Origin: Eledone cirrhosa
Taxonomy: Eukaryota
Direction: 5' to 3'
Length of the DNA: 64,000 nucleotides
Assembly (NCBI GenBank): GCA_964016885.1
Contig: OZ024742.1
Span: 40,796,001-40,860,000 of the forward strand
This document shows, piece by piece, positions 1 to 14,089 of this stretch; position 1 is the first letter of the stretch; each line of letters starts with the position of its first letter. Both the position numbers and the translations under genes were made by a program. The notes under the pieces were generated by a model. It was not told the origin of the DNA. It ran no database searches and worked only from the letters and a program-made list of their open reading frames with translations.

Positions 1-840
1 AAAATTGTAAGAGCGTCGGACAAAATGGTAAGAGCGTCGGACAAAATTGTAAGAGCGTCGGACAAAATGGTAAGAGCGTCGGACAAAATGGTAAGAGCGT
101 CGGACAAAATTGTAAGAGCGTCGGACAAAATTGTAAGAGCGTCGGACAAAATGGTAAGAGCGTCGGACAAAATGGTAAGAGCGTCGGACAAAATGGTAAG
201 AGCGTCGGACAAAATTGTAAGAGCGTCGGACAAAATTGTAAGAGCGTCGGACAAAATGGTAAGAGCGTCGGACAAAATTGTAAGAGCGTCGGACAAAATG
301 GTAAGAGCGTCGGACAAAATTGTAAGAGCGTCGGACAAAATGGTAAGAGCGTCGGACAAAATGGTAAGAGCGTCGGACAAAATTGTAAGAGCGTCGGACA
401 AAATTGTAAGAGCGTCGGACAAAATGGTAAGAGCGTCGGACAAAATTGTAAGAGCGTCGGACAAAATGGTAAGAGCGTCGGACAAAATGGTAAGAGCGTC
501 GGACAAAATTGTAAGAGCGTCGGACAAAATTGTAAGAGCGTCGGACAAAATGGTAAGAGCGTCGGACAAAATGGTAAGAGCGTCGGACAAAATGGTAAGA
601 GCGTCGGACAAAATTGTAAGAGCGTCGGACAAAATTGTAAGAGCGTCGGACAAAATGGTAAGAGCGTCGGACAAAATGGTAAGAGCGTCGGACAAAATGG
701 TAAGAGCGTCGGACAAAATTGTAAGAGCGTCGGACAAAATGGTAAGAGCGTCGGACAAAATTGTAAGAGCGTCGGACAAAATGGTAAGAGCGTCGGACAA
801 AATGGTAAGAGCGTCGGACAAAATGATAAGAGCGTCGGAC
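1..840 (+). repeat. 21-bp minisatellite (AAAATKGTAAGAGCGTCGGAC) x40, truncated by the window edge
   Basis: Near-perfect tandem units that differ almost only at one G/T position. The 278-aa ORF is just the translated repeat. Confidence 0.98.
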
Positions 841-926
841 GCCATGTTTTGCTGCATTTAGTTATGGCTCTTTACGTTCTGAGTTTTAAACTCACCGAGG
901 TCAATTTTGCCTTCATCCTTCCGAGG
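841..926 (+). mobile_element. tRNA-derived SINE (family A) remnant continuing from the minisatellite
   Basis: gccatg...tttacgttctgagtt...ccgaggtcaattttgccttcatccttcc matches the SINE body at 11748-11930 and 36893-37078. Confidence 0.8.
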
Positions 927-939
927 TTTATGACAGTAC

Positions 940-1345
940 CCCTCATGTTTACCTTATCAGCTCAGTAATGTTATCTGCAATTCTGAACATTTTGAGTGTC
1001 TTCAAAAATCCAAGAGTCGGGAACATTTTATCATATGCTTTCTAGCAATCAATCCTTCCCAGTCCTAACCTAGTTTTTCTTCTGCAGTTTTCTATCACCA
1101 TCTTGTTAATTAACAGCTGGTCTTTTGTTGCACTTGAATTTCTGTCACTCTGTCTATTTATTTGGAGAGTGTTTTGCTCCTCTATGTGAGATACTTTCAT
1201 CAAACATACTTGTTAACAGTTTCCATAGTAGAGGGAGATAATTTAGCAGTTTGAAGCTTCTGACTATTTCTGTTTGTCCTTCATGATCATGGTTGTTGTG
1301 CCGTTAGTTATCCAATTTGGGCTGCGTTCGCTTTGGAGACTTGCA
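940..1345 (-). pseudogene. Decayed Dong/R4-type reverse transcriptase fragment
   Basis: Minus-strand translations WITNGTTTMIMKDKQK, LPLLWKLLTSMFDE and ATKDQLLINKMVIENCRRKTRLGLGRIDC*KAYD align by eye to the 31637-33529 ORF (TTVLIMKD, MWKLLTSIMSE, GTKDQLLIDKMVMRNCKRR...IDYKKAFD). Confidence 0.8.
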
Positions 1346-2109
1346 TTTAATAGGTTTGCGAGTATTTGTCTCGGTGTTTTAACGTTCTTCCTTCAGAACT
1401 TTTGCATGCCGTATGGAGTTTTTTTAAACAAAATTGTCGTATTTTTACGGAAGGAAATATAGTTCCTTAAACCTTTGAGAACAGTGGTTTCAACAAGAAT
1501 AAAAACTAACATTTGGTGAATCCTTTAAGTTTCCTTTATTCCCCACCTGAGAGGTGGACAAGAAGCTTTTACTTTTTTTGCATATCAAAATTTGACATTC
1601 TATAAAACACGAAAGATGGACGGCGATGGAACCACAACAATAGTAATGTTCAAGGGAGCCCTCGACATTACAGAGAACGGGTGTAGAGAGATAATATGTG
1701 ACAAAGCCGGAGGAAGACAAGAGAAAAAAGGCACTTAACGAACAATTTCAATGAAACAGATTTGTAAGAAGAACGGTAGTTTGAGTGACAAACACAACCA
1801 CAACAACAACAATAATAACAACATCGACGGCAACAAGACTTAATACCGATATGGGTAAAACAAAGAAATTTATCCGTTACGTCAGCGACAAATAATTTGA
1901 CCACTCACAACATACAAATACACGACAAAAAAAACTATCGAGTTTGAGCCAGAATTTCGAAGGTGACATCGTGCTTCGAAGAGTAATAATACTGCACACA
2001 AAACAAAAGGAGACAAAATACCATTCTCTACAAATATATTAATAGAGATTGAGCTGCACAACACCCGCCGGGACTTAAGAATACCTGAAGAGGGTGTGGG
2101 TCTCAGTCA

Positions 2110-2640
2110 CCTACATCTAGAGAGGAAAGCAGCATAGGACTGCGGTAACCATGTGCGAAACCGAGGAAGACACCCGGAGGCTCTTCACAGTAACCTGTAC
2201 CGTCCAACATTATGTGATAGTCCCCTTATATAAGAGGCGTCAACTCACGAGAATTCGCATTAGTGGCGTGGTATCCCATGCAGACTAGACAAGGGTATGG
2301 AGAGGAGATTCGGATGAAATCAATCTCCCCAAGCAAACAAAATTGGAATGACATTGGAGTTCTAGGCAATAGTCAGAAAAAGGTGAACAGCATGCCGGAC
2401 CATTTTCTCTTCGAGGATTGCGAGCATATAAGTATGGTAATGGAAGGTAGAAAACTAAATTGTTACAGGTATGGCAAAACAAACCACCTCAAGGCCTTCT
2501 GTCATATGGAGTGGGAGACAACAGATAATTGTCCCTCCCAACCACTGTTACCAACTTTAAACCGCAGGAGAACAACAAACACAGAAACAACAAGGTCCCG
2601 ATCTTCACACGTATGAGGAGGGGCTCGAGAGAGCGTCTCC
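2110..2640 (+). pseudogene. Decayed L1/Tx1-type ORF1 relic
   Basis: RGKQHRTAVTMCETEEDTR...IVPLYKRRQLTRIRISGV and KQNW...VMEGRKLNCYRYGKTNHLKAFCH align to ORF1 of the Tx1 elements (RRGQKYGTVDVFFETPEEAR...LVPSYCGQRLVKIRV; VEGRRPRCVVCGEGTHLRAFC). It contains stops and frameshifts. Confidence 0.75.
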
Positions 2641-3032
2641 ACGTCTGTACAAGAAAGTAAATATAACAACCACCCCATGTGACCCACAGGCATGTAAACC
2701 CTCCAAATCCATCAATACCTCGGGGTCGAAGAACGACAAAGATGACAAAAAGAAGTCTGAGTGGCAACTCGTAGAGAGACAGCCAAAAGGAAAGCGGGGT
2801 TAGATGGCTAAATCCAGTGTTCCAACCCCCCCCCCCCCCCCAAAAAAAAAACAATAAACAATACCAAGACAAACAATACAACAAAGCAACCTCAGCTATC
2901 TCAGCTCGACCAATTGCAATCACAAACGTCTAAAGAAAGTACTGTCTGTCTAAGTTCCTTGTTGAGACCCGACATATTGTAGATCTAGTAATTATCATAT
3001 TCACTGTGCAAAACATACATAATAGTGATAAT

Positions 3033-3395
3033 AATTGTTTCTACATTTGGCACAAGGGGAGGGGAAAGTCGATTATATCGACTCCAGTACTTAACTTGTA
3101 TTTTATTTTATCGATTCTGGACGAGTGAAAGGCAAAGTTGACCCCGGGGGCATTTGAAGACAACGAAAAGAGCTGTAATTAATTGTTTCTACTATAGGCA
3201 CAAGGCCAAAAATTTGATGGGAAATGGGAAAGTCGATTAAATTGACCCCAACGCATTACTGGTGCTTTATTTTATCGACCCCGTACGGATGAAAGGCAAA
3301 GCTAACCTCAACGGAAGTTGAACTCAGAACGTAAAGGGCCGTAACTCTATGCTGCAAAGCAGGGTGTCCAGCGCGCTACCGATACTGTTAATCCC
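3033..3395 (-). mobile_element. Two tandem family-A SINE copies (partial 3033-3160; near-complete 3181-3395)
   Basis: aattgtttctact...ggcacaaggcc, tttatcgacccc...gaaaggcaaag and gaactcaga are the reverse complement of 11748-11930. Confidence 0.85.
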
Positions 3396-3944
3396 CCTCT
3401 ATTTCCAGAGAGACCTGTCTATACGCAAATTGTAAATGATATATAAGAAGAAGAAGAAGAAGAAGATCATCTATCAAAATATAAATCAATGTTTCGCTAC
3501 CACAAATAACTGGTAATACTTCATCTATGATTTATGTTTTGGTTTCGCCTTGTGTATATGTAATAATATGTTGTTTTATGTCGAGACTAAAACACCGATT
3601 GTTATAATAAAATAGAGAGAATGGAGTGTGAAAAGAACGACATGCCTTTATAAGGAGAAACAATAAGAGTAGCGACTACTGGCTACACAAATAGATAACG
3701 AAGATTCACTTGATTAGGCGAAGTGACCATAATATGATTTGATTTCCAATGATCGTTCCGATAGCTCAAGAAGAAAACAGAGAAATTGAAGCATCGTCTT
3801 TTAGCGTGTCTTGGTTAATAAAGATATTTGTTCTTTCCTTTCATTTTTTTTTCTTTTGTTTCCTTTTTATTCTGGACTTGGCACAATGCCAACTATTTGT
3901 GGGATGGTATATAGCTGATTGAACTTAGATAAATATATTTGTCT

Positions 3945-4130
3945 GAAGGCGCGTGGCTTAGTGATTAAAGTTCTTGGTTCATGATCGTAAGTATGTGTGT
4001 TCGAGTCTCAGCGATGCGTTGTGTCCATGAGCAAAACATTTTATTTCTCATTGCACCCGTTCACTCCGCAGGCAAAAAAAGAAGCTGTATCTGTAACCCA
4101 AGGGGTCAGTCTTGTCACACCAAATTTTCT
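3945..4130 (+). mobile_element. tRNA-derived SINE family B with a CORE-like central domain
   Basis: A-box-like tggcttagtg, B-box-like gttcgagtc, then gttgtgtccatgagcaaaacattttatt. Similar copies are at 9335, 51885 and 63303. Confidence 0.75.
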
Positions 4131-4202
4131 TGAGAACTACGTTGACGATGCCTGCTGTTCAAACAACTAGCCCACGGAACTGAAAGAGTTCCAGCACTCA
4201 GG

Positions 4203-4260
<58 letters not shown>

Positions 4261-4359
4261 AAAGCTCCAGAGTATATTCAAATATTCTTTTTATTTTTTC
4301 TTTAATCCGACAGAATAAATATTTTTATATGTTACATTAAATAAAATTAAGTTTTATTA

Positions 4360-4402
4360 AATACTACCGGTTTCAATTAGTATGTCCGTCTTATCAAATA
4401 TT
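4360..4402 (-). ncRNA. Minimal type I hammerhead-like motif (U3-A8 core) in a PLE-like remnant (about 4257-4745) between (TA)n tracts
   Basis: Reverse complement: aatat TTGATAA ... GAAA ccgg TA gtatt. Stem I pairs; stem II is degenerate. Confidence 0.55.
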
Positions 4403-4423
4403 AAAAAGTTTGTTCTCATATTC

Positions 4424-4522
4424 TGTGGGCAGTGAGAGCATATGTGGGCAGTGAGAACATATGTGGGCAGTGAGAACATATGTGGGCAGTGAGAACATAT
4501 GTGGGCAGTGAGAACATATGTG
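4424..4522 (+). repeat. 19-bp tandem repeat (TGTGGGCAGTGAGAACATA) x5
   Basis: Directly visible. Confidence 0.95.
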
Positions 4523-4748
4523 AATTTTCTCTCAAAATCACTTATTATATATATTCTTTATGAAGATTGGGTGGTGAGGGTGGATGTAAATTTCAATTGA
4601 TTTACTAGAAAATCCTATTGATTTAAATGGGTTCGACTCCCATGTACGTCAATACTCATCTTTTTCTATTTCTCCGAGGGTTCTTAACCCCACTATCAGG
4701 CTAAATAATTTTCTTTAAAATACGGCGATAGCTTACATTTATAAATAA

Positions 4749-4780
<32 letters not shown>

Positions 4781-4929
4781 TTAGGATTTAGCTTCAGGCA
4801 TAGCTGTATACAGATATGTATAGAAATTTCGTATTTCTAAAGCAACAGGGTATGTTTACAGGTAATCATTTAGAAAGCCGTAGCTATGCAAAACACACAC
4901 ACACACGCACGCACACACACACACATATA

Positions 4930-4987
<58 letters not shown>

Positions 4988-5293
4988 AGAGAGAGGGGGG
5001 AGACTGAGAGAGAGTGAAATAGATAGAAAGTAGATAGATAACCAAAACCGTACATGCTTCAACTAGTACGTAAACATATCTAAGCCAAACCCATGCTGTC
5101 CACAAACACAAGCAAATGCAAATCATAATCCTACAATCAACTCTAACCACAAAACCGTAACACATCAGCCATAAATTAAATTCAAACGTCTTTCAAATGT
5201 ATAACAGCAAACCTGCTCTAATTACTGGTATGAGAACGATGCTATTTTTATATAAACTTGTGCTTTGGCATACTATCATGTATTTGCGTGCGC

Positions 5294-5331
<38 letters not shown>

Positions 5332-5429
5332 GTGTGTGCGTGTGTGCGTGTATGTGTGTGTGTGCGTGTGTGTGCTTGTGTGTGTATGTGTGTGATTGTG
5401 TGTGTGAATGTGTGTGTGTGTGTATGTGA

Positions 5430-5556
<127 letters not shown>

Positions 5557-6647
5557 TGTGTGGACATTAATTCACTGTCCTTCAATCTGAATACATACAT
5601 ATATATATATATACATATCATTCTTTTATTCTGTTTCAGTTACTTGAGTAGTTTCTTAATATTTAGAATATCATATGTCGGCTCTTTTCACATATCCATT
5701 GTATCGAGTGGATGCATCAAATCACATGACATCACCATCACGATATCAATCCATTAAAATACTGATATCGCGTGACCTGTAATCTTTAAGGGTTGCTTTT
5801 CTTGAAGTTTACTAACTACGATAGCAAACAATTGCAATACCATGTTTTGCTCTCAGTGTTGCTCCACCACAATAACATATTGTAAAGATAGAAAATTTAT
5901 TATGTCAACCATATGCATAATAATCATAAATGTGATCCTTCTATTCTCAGGAAATTGATGAATCACAATAAATCATGCAGCAACTATAGAAATATCGGTC
6001 TTTTTCCTGCTGCTGTTGTTGTTACAAGAACAACAACAGCAGCAAATAGTAACACATAAAAAATCAATCAACGAATTGGCATTTACGTAATCACTGAAGC
6101 TGTTAGAATGTTAGAAATTACAGCGAAATATTGTATGAATAATACACTACCGTATTCAAAAACGCAAGAATAGTCTGGGTAATTTAATCATAGATATACT
6201 ATGCAATGTCTAAAAAAAGCTGCGAAGATCGTGGCTGGAACGTCTCGCCTTTGCTTATAAGTCTGCTGGATCAGGGCTGACCAGGTGCTAAACAACAACA
6301 ATAACAACAAGAAATGCAAGCATCAGACGAATGAGTTAACAGACAACATACGTTTTATGTAGAGTGCAACATCACCAAGCTTTCCTGTTGGCATATTATG
6401 CACATAAAACAAAAATTACATTTTTATATAAGATGATTCTTGGGCATACAATCAATATTAATGTCTCAACACAGCCTAACGCTGAAAGAAAAAGACACTC
6501 GGTATACACTTTAAGAGGCTTTCTTATAATTCCATTCGGACAATCACAGCCATCTTTACAATAGCAAATAACAGTCATTAAAGAAAAATATGATCTTGGA
6601 ATTTCGATGCAACGAAACTAGGTAAAATACATATATCTATCTATCTA

Positions 6648-6730
<83 letters not shown>

Positions 6731-6844
6731 TTAACGGTTTAATGGTGACCGTGGGGCATTCTATTTTATAATAAATAATAATAATTATTATTATTATTGT
6801 TATTATTATTATTCCATTATGACAATGCTTGGTATATATATATA

Positions 6845-7004
<160 letters not shown>

Positions 7005-7432
7005 TATAAATTATATATATCGCGGTGGCACAGAAGAAATATATTGATAGCAACAACAAGACAAAAGCAACAAACAAAGAAACAACAACAATAGCAACAA
7101 TAGCAACAACACACGAGAGAACACGTTTTTTAACATTTTAAAATATATAATGGAATATATGGCCATTGGAAGTGCTCATCATCATCCACCTCCTCCTCTG
7201 CCACTTCGTTTCCTAATCCCTTGAGTCTTCTAGTTCTACATTGTCTCTTTTCTTCTCTCTTTCATTCTCCGTCCCCGCCATCGTTGTATCTCTACTGTGT
7301 TCACGTATATCGTCTTTATTAGTGGCATTCAGTAATTGTTACAACGCGAATAAAGCTATATATTTATGAGTGTATGTGTATGTATGTATGTGCGTCTGTA
7401 TATATATATATATATATATATGCACTTATATG

Positions 7433-7501
<69 letters not shown>

Positions 7502-7643
7502 GTGTACATATATGTATATAAATATATGTATATATATATATAGATATATTATATGTATATATATATATATATACATACATACATACATGCATACATGCAT
7601 ACATGCATACATACATACATACATACATACATACATACATACA

Positions 7644-7726
<83 letters not shown>

Positions 7727-8036
7727 GAAAACGAAAAATCAGTGATGAATCTGAACTCAATTTATTGTGTTACAACTGTTTCGCCGGCGGACAGCTCGAG
7801 ACGCGATCATTATATATATATAAAGCTGGAGGCTATTTTTTACTGAAAATCAATCGTTTAATCTTACGAACCATTATTATAACGATTCATTAGATAAGAC
7901 AGTAGCTCCATGGAAATAATTTACCTTTCGGCCAAAATTTAAAGTTTATATACCATACTCTACTCCGTTATTAAATGAGAAGTGAATTGTTGTTTTTCTA
8001 TTCTTTTATTTCTAATAAGCATATTATCATATGGGC

Positions 8037-8118
<82 letters not shown>

Positions 8119-9334
8119 ATATTTGTGTGCGTCTGTATAGGCATCGTTAACACTGTCGAGTTGTACATAGTCTATAGTCATGCTAGTAATAGCATTAAAA
8201 ACTACGTTGACCATATTCATAGACATACATACATGCATACATACACTACTGAACAAAAGTCTTAAGCATTCTATTATTTTACTGGTTTCATGCGAGAAAC
8301 CATGTGGTCTAGAAGGAAGCTGATGAGTTCACATGACGCTATTGTTCTTTTTTTCTGTTAGTTTACTTTTTTCATACTTTCTCCATTATTTTTTACTTAT
8401 ATTTCGCAATTCTCCAAGTTCTGCTCTATCGATCTTATTCCCGCTTTTCTCTTCTACTTTTCTCTTCTCTCTCCTTATACCCTCTTATTTATCATCTCAT
8501 GCTTTAAATTCTCTTTCTTCCTTTATCTCCTTCTCTCCGTTCAATATGTGGTTATATCTCAACTCGACTTTTTACTATACTTATAGTAATCAGCTGTTTA
8601 CATCTACCCATCGCGCTGAGAATCCAACAATTTATGAAAATTCAAAAATATATATCTTCGACGAGTGTATTATACCGAGCCTATAGTATAATACACTTGC
8701 CCACGTCTATATAAATTTTATATAATTTCAACAAAACCTCCTTCAGAATATGTTTCATAACAATAGCGTGCGTTATATTTACATAGATTAGGTGATTTTA
8801 GATATAACCTCTCTCGGGTATACTTTTCTCGCGAATTTCGATTAATTTTAGAAATAATGAAAATTTGGAAGAGTTTAGTAAAATAATAGTTTCATTAAGC
8901 TGGTGTTTAAAACATAACAAAATGTTTACATAAAATTATAATGGAAGGTTTTGAATCAAATATAAACACTTTAAAATGAACAGTTTTATCACAGAACCAG
9001 AGGCGGTTTCAAGTGGATTGGTGGTGGAAAGGTGAAGCATCTGATTCTAAATTAATTGTATAGTTAATAATCAGTATTTCTGCCCTTGGCTAATAAAACA
9101 GTTTCAATTCTCTGCAGAATGCTAAACTATAATTTGACAATATAATCTGGTGAAATATTATTCCAGAACACTTCAAACATTTTCATTAGCTTTTCTTTAG
9201 ATTTTGGTTGCATATTGTTATTTCTTTCATTAAAAAATTAAAAAAGTAGAAAAGAAAAGATGGCATAGCCAGAACGGAACAAGGAAATTATATTTCCATT
9301 GGTTTTTCTATTGCTGATACTATCTGCCTGGCGT

Positions 9335-9500
9335 AAAGGCGTCTGATTTAGTTGTTAGGGTGTTCGGCTTACAATCGTAGGGTGGTGAGTTTAATTACCG
9401 GTGATGCGTCTTTTACTTGAGTAAAACATTTTATTTCACGTTGTTCCAATCCACTCAAGTAGAAAAAAGAGTTGTGCCAGTAGTTCAAGGTGTCAAACTT
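9335..9500 (+). mobile_element. Degenerate family-B SINE
   Basis: aaggcgtctgatttagttgttagggtgttcggcttacaatcgtag...ttgagtaaaacattttatttcacgttgttccaatccactca. Confidence 0.65.
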
Positions 9501-11417
9501 GACATACAAACTATCACACTGTATCAGGTACGAAATTGCAGCCTTTCGGCACCTTATCTACTTGATTTCTTTTTTTCTTATAAAGGTTTAATCCGATGTT
9601 GTCCATTTGTTAGAGTGCTCATTATTTATTTCTGATTTAATCTAAACGAGGAAATATTTTCTTATAACAACCATTGCTTTTTCGAGCTTATGACTGCGAG
9701 TTAACAGCAGCTGGATAAATACATATACAAAGGAATTATTAATGTAGATTACAATTTTAAGTTGTCACTTTTTAGTACAATAGTTTTTTTGTTTTTTTTT
9801 TTGTTTTTGATTTTGTTACTCACTTGTTTCTTTAATATTTTATCTCCATGTAACATTTATCTTGTGTCCGACCATCATTTCAAAGCCGATATCTTATTTG
9901 ATTGTATCACTAAAAATACAAACGGAAACAATAGTTTGATCATCACAATTCGTCTAAAAAAAATATATTCCATCTTTAAATTAAAAACAGCCACCAAATA
10001 TTAAAGATCAATATGACGTTTTTAAATGTTTTATTTATATATACATAGACAACTAATATAATCTATACAGTACTTAATTTCATATATACAACACAACAAA
10101 ATAATTGAATAGATTTGATAAATGACTGACATTTTCAAAATGGAATATTTGCTTGAGCTCTTGGAAACTCAACATAGAATTTGCGCTAACTCTTACTCTC
10201 TCCTTTCCAGCGCGACCGACGTTTTACACGAAATATGCAACAGCTTTCATATAATAGATAAATCTTTTAGTTCGTAATGGATGTCTATATTTGCTGAATT
10301 TGATGCGACGTTTGGACTGTTTACACACCAGCCAACACATGTTACATGTAATCAAAAGTAAAACTCTTTTCCTATGTCAAAATTTGTACCAAACGATTGG
10401 TGAAACTATGTTGACTATGTATGACCGAACAGCAGGTATGCTTCCCAAAACCTTTAGACTCATAAGAGATGTATGTTAAATTGAAAGTGCCCTTACTCTG
10501 TAAAACTACGAGCTGTAACACTCAGCAAATCGAATGGTTCTCACATCTATAACGGGAGTTATCTACATACCCGCTAGAATTCCGACTGACTAACTAATGA
10601 GCCCACATGTTTGTGTACTGTTATTAATGCAGTGTTCTGCCCTCAGATAACACACTACAAGTTGTAAATGGCCTAATCTAGACATAAATATTATTTGGTT
10701 CGACTATATATTCACAATGCTTTTTTAACTGAAAAAGAAATTGACCTTTTAGCTCCTTGAGAGAAACACAGGGTACTTTTGACATGAGGCGTGCTGTGTT
10801 TGAGACTGACGTCATAGAATCTTAGTATGCAACCCTGTTTCGATTTGCAGTTGTATTGAAAGCATATTCAAAGAGACACGATCTCATTTCCGATATGCTC
10901 ATTCATTTAAGATTTTGTGCTCATGTAAAGAATCAATTATTATTACAATTAATACACTCGTGTGAAATTCATTGATGTTAACCTCTTCTATTCAAATATT
11001 AGCATGTCAAAACTGTTTGGTCAATGGAAATCTATACACTAGACACAATCAATCAGATTTAATCCCATCACTGTGCCAACTAGGTAAACCTAATTATTAG
11101 CCTAAGTATGATATTTACATAGATTAAGCAAATAATGTGTATGCGCGTGTGTGTGTGTGTGTGTTGTTTCATACCTTTGTTTAAATATTATTAATGAGAT
11201 CTGGTTTAACAGCTGCAGTTCATAACTAAACCCTGTGATTAATCAGTTTCTGATTTCATCATGTACAGTAGCTTTATCTTCTCTACTACATAATTTACTG
11301 GAATCAAATGAATACACTCGGTCGAGTAGACATTTCGGAAATGGACTAGAGCTCAGCTGCGAAAAACACCGACTAGTAAAATTCAGAATTTATATTTATA
11401 TATATATGTATGTGTGT

Positions 11418-11489
<72 letters not shown>

Positions 11490-11636
11490 TATTTTCCGTT
11501 GTGTTGTAATATAAATATTACACACAGTAGATTGACAGCTCACGTAGAGTTTGCTCGACGGTTCCAGTTGTAGTTCCAAAAGTAATCCGGAGAAAAATAG
11601 AAAGATTTGAATGGATACAGTTTAGTTGAAAGGAAT

Positions 11637-11958
11637 TTATTGACACGTGTTTCTATAACAGTTACATAACCTGAAAACAGCTGCTATCTACAAAGTATTA
11701 GTTATGCAGACATTCAATATTTCAATGTTATTATTTACTGTCATTTCGTGGTGGATTGGCAGTATCGGTAGAGGGTCGGACGCCATGCTTTCCAGCATAG
11801 TTACGTCCCTTTACGATCTGAGTTCAAATCCCGCCGAGGTTGACTTTGCCTTTCATCCTTACGGGGTCGATAAAATAAAGTACCAGTAATGCACTGGGTA
11901 ATTGCTGGCCTTGTGCCTAAAGTAGAAACAATTATTTACTGTCATTTCATCAGAATAA
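11637..11958 (-). ncRNA. Hammerhead ribozyme with a long stem II, split by a SINE insertion
   Basis: After removing the SINE and one TSD copy: ttatt CTGATGA a atgacagt...actgttat a GAAA cacgtg TC aataa. Confidence 0.75.
11748..11930 (+). mobile_element. Family-A tRNA-derived SINE with an 18-bp TSD
   Basis: A/B-box-like tggcagtatcgg and gagttcaaatcc. TSD attatttactgtcatttc at 11730-11747 and 11931-11948. Confidence 0.92.
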
Positions 11959-12485
11959 TATTACTGAGGACCTGTTTGGTTTTTATAGAGAATATTAGGA
12001 GGGAGGGGTGAAGTTGTTGGAAGAATAGTGGAGGGAGTGGTTTTTTGATAGCAGTGAGAATTTTTGGTGGCAGTGAGTAATTAGATTCCCATCTGTTGTT
12101 TTGACATTTTTATAGAATATATTATTGGTTATTTTTCTAAATCTATAGAAGGATTAGAGATAGTAAAGATATGCGTGGTTGGTTTTGTGTTTGCACTTAA
12201 TTAATATTCAGACTTAAATTTTTCTTTCACCCACGCATTCACACACAAACATATTTGCACACCTCTACAAAATACATATACTCACATTCACATAGTAACA
12301 TGTTCATACTTACATACATATACACATGCATACATATATATATACACACATGTATTCATGTACATACATACGCGTTCATGTGTATACATTTTCATACTCA
12401 ACTTATCTTTATATACACACGTATAGACACACACATATATACATACATACTCTAGTCTATGTGTATATATATACATATACATATA

Positions 12486-12561
<76 letters not shown>

Positions 12562-13808
12562 CACTTTAATACATGAATACACTTACATCTAACTATACAC
12601 AACAAACATATATATATATTTACTTATTTATATACATTTTCACATATATATACATACTTATGGTCGCTTTTAGACACATTCATTATCGCATTTTTGCACC
12701 TCTTCTCATCAGCATATCTTTCCATTATTAGTGTGGTAATTTAAGGTTATTAATATACATATATATGTTGAGAAGAGATTGTTTTTATATTTTTCTAACT
12801 AGATTGAGGTTTATATAGTTGGTGGGATGTCCCTCTTTTATGTAATATTCGGCTTGTAGTGGGAAAAAAGGGTTTTAGTTCGGTGACGGCAGAATAATGT
12901 TCGTTCAATTCTGTTATTCAGCAATTTCTTCTTGTGTGTGATTATGTAATAAATCTCAAGATTACACAATTTGCAGAAATTTTGGCTCCTGGAAAAGCTT
13001 TGGGTTTTAGCTAATTTCTCCCATTTTAGGGTAAACTTTTGATCGCTATCCCTGAGCGTCCAAGCTTTTTCTGCTAAAGTTGTTACATTTCTTTGGCTCT
13101 GGTGTTTTATTGAGTAAGAATGCCTATATAATCGAGATTTAAACGATGTTGCCGTTGATCCCACGTAATACCACTCGTTGCCTCCGGATTTAATGGTACA
13201 CTTATAAATAATATTTTTTTCCAGGCAGTTATTGCCGAGGGGCAGTTGTCAGGATAGGTGCAGTTACAGTTGTGTACGTTGGGTTTTCTCTGGAGTAGTA
13301 TTGTGGACGAACTTAGGTGTGGTTTATTTATGTTCTGTAGTGTAATGTCTACTGTTTTTTTTGTGTTCTTTGTACTTAAGTTTTTAGTGTTTTCGTTTAA
13401 CCTTCTAGTATTGATCTTTTTTATGTGTTGTTCAAGGTTTAACGTTGTAGAGTATGGCAGTCTTATAGTGGTAGGGTTTAGGATTTTGTGGTATTTGTGT
13501 GATGTAGGAAAATGTCTCTTAATTATTTTAAAGAAGAGTACTGGTAAATTTGTACTAATGGAACTATTGTATTCGGGGTTATACCATAAGTACTCTTTGC
13601 ATCGCTTTCTATTAGTTTTGTTTGTTGGTTTACTGGTGTGCATACTATGGTAGTAAGTGTGGTTTGGTGTTGTGTTATTATATCCACCTATATTGAATGT
13701 CTGCATAACTAATACTTTGTAGATAGCAGCTGTTTTCAGGTTATGTAACTGTTATAGAAACACGTGTCAATAAATTCCTTTCAACTAAACTGTATCCATT
13801 CAAATCTT

Positions 13809-13863
<55 letters not shown>

Positions 13864-13869
<6 letters not shown>

Positions 13870-14015
13870 ATAGTAATAAATTTGAAGACTAAAATCAAAA
13901 GCGGGCTCGATAAGGATAAATATTTATCAAATGTATAAGAACCGTGGAGCAAATATTTCAGAAGATCCCGTTAAGGGTGAAAGCAGCGATTCTTTGCTTA
14001 AACTTTAATCTGTTA

Positions 14016-14023
<8 letters not shown>
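13864..14023. mobile_element. Miniature inverted PLE terminus, same family as 42586-44145
   Basis: 13864-13955 matches 42586-42677 directly, and 13956-14023 is the reverse complement of about 42678-42745. Flanked by (TA)n. Confidence 0.85.
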
Positions 14024-14069
<46 letters not shown>

Positions 14070-14089
14070 AAGGGCGGAAGAATTCATAA

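Larger units (their letters stand above)
11487..13811 (-). mobile_element. 5'-truncated Naiad-type Penelope-like element with an inverted 5' pLTR fragment
   Basis: Frameshifted C-terminal ORF 12838-13690 (WYNPEYN, CNCTYPDNCP/GNNC linker, YVG, FKSRLYRH, CKLCNLE). Inverted arms 11599-11720 and 13690-13811. Flanked by (TA)n and (CT)n. Confidence 0.85.

Noticed and set aside
25-861. 278-aa heptad-repeat ORF (MVRASDK) or CRISPR-like array
   Set aside because: It is the translation of a 21-bp SINE-derived minisatellite; there are no spacers and no unique domain.
10211-10435. Possible host exon (tcctttccag acceptor, caggtatg donor)
   Set aside because: Stop codons in all three frames; no other support.
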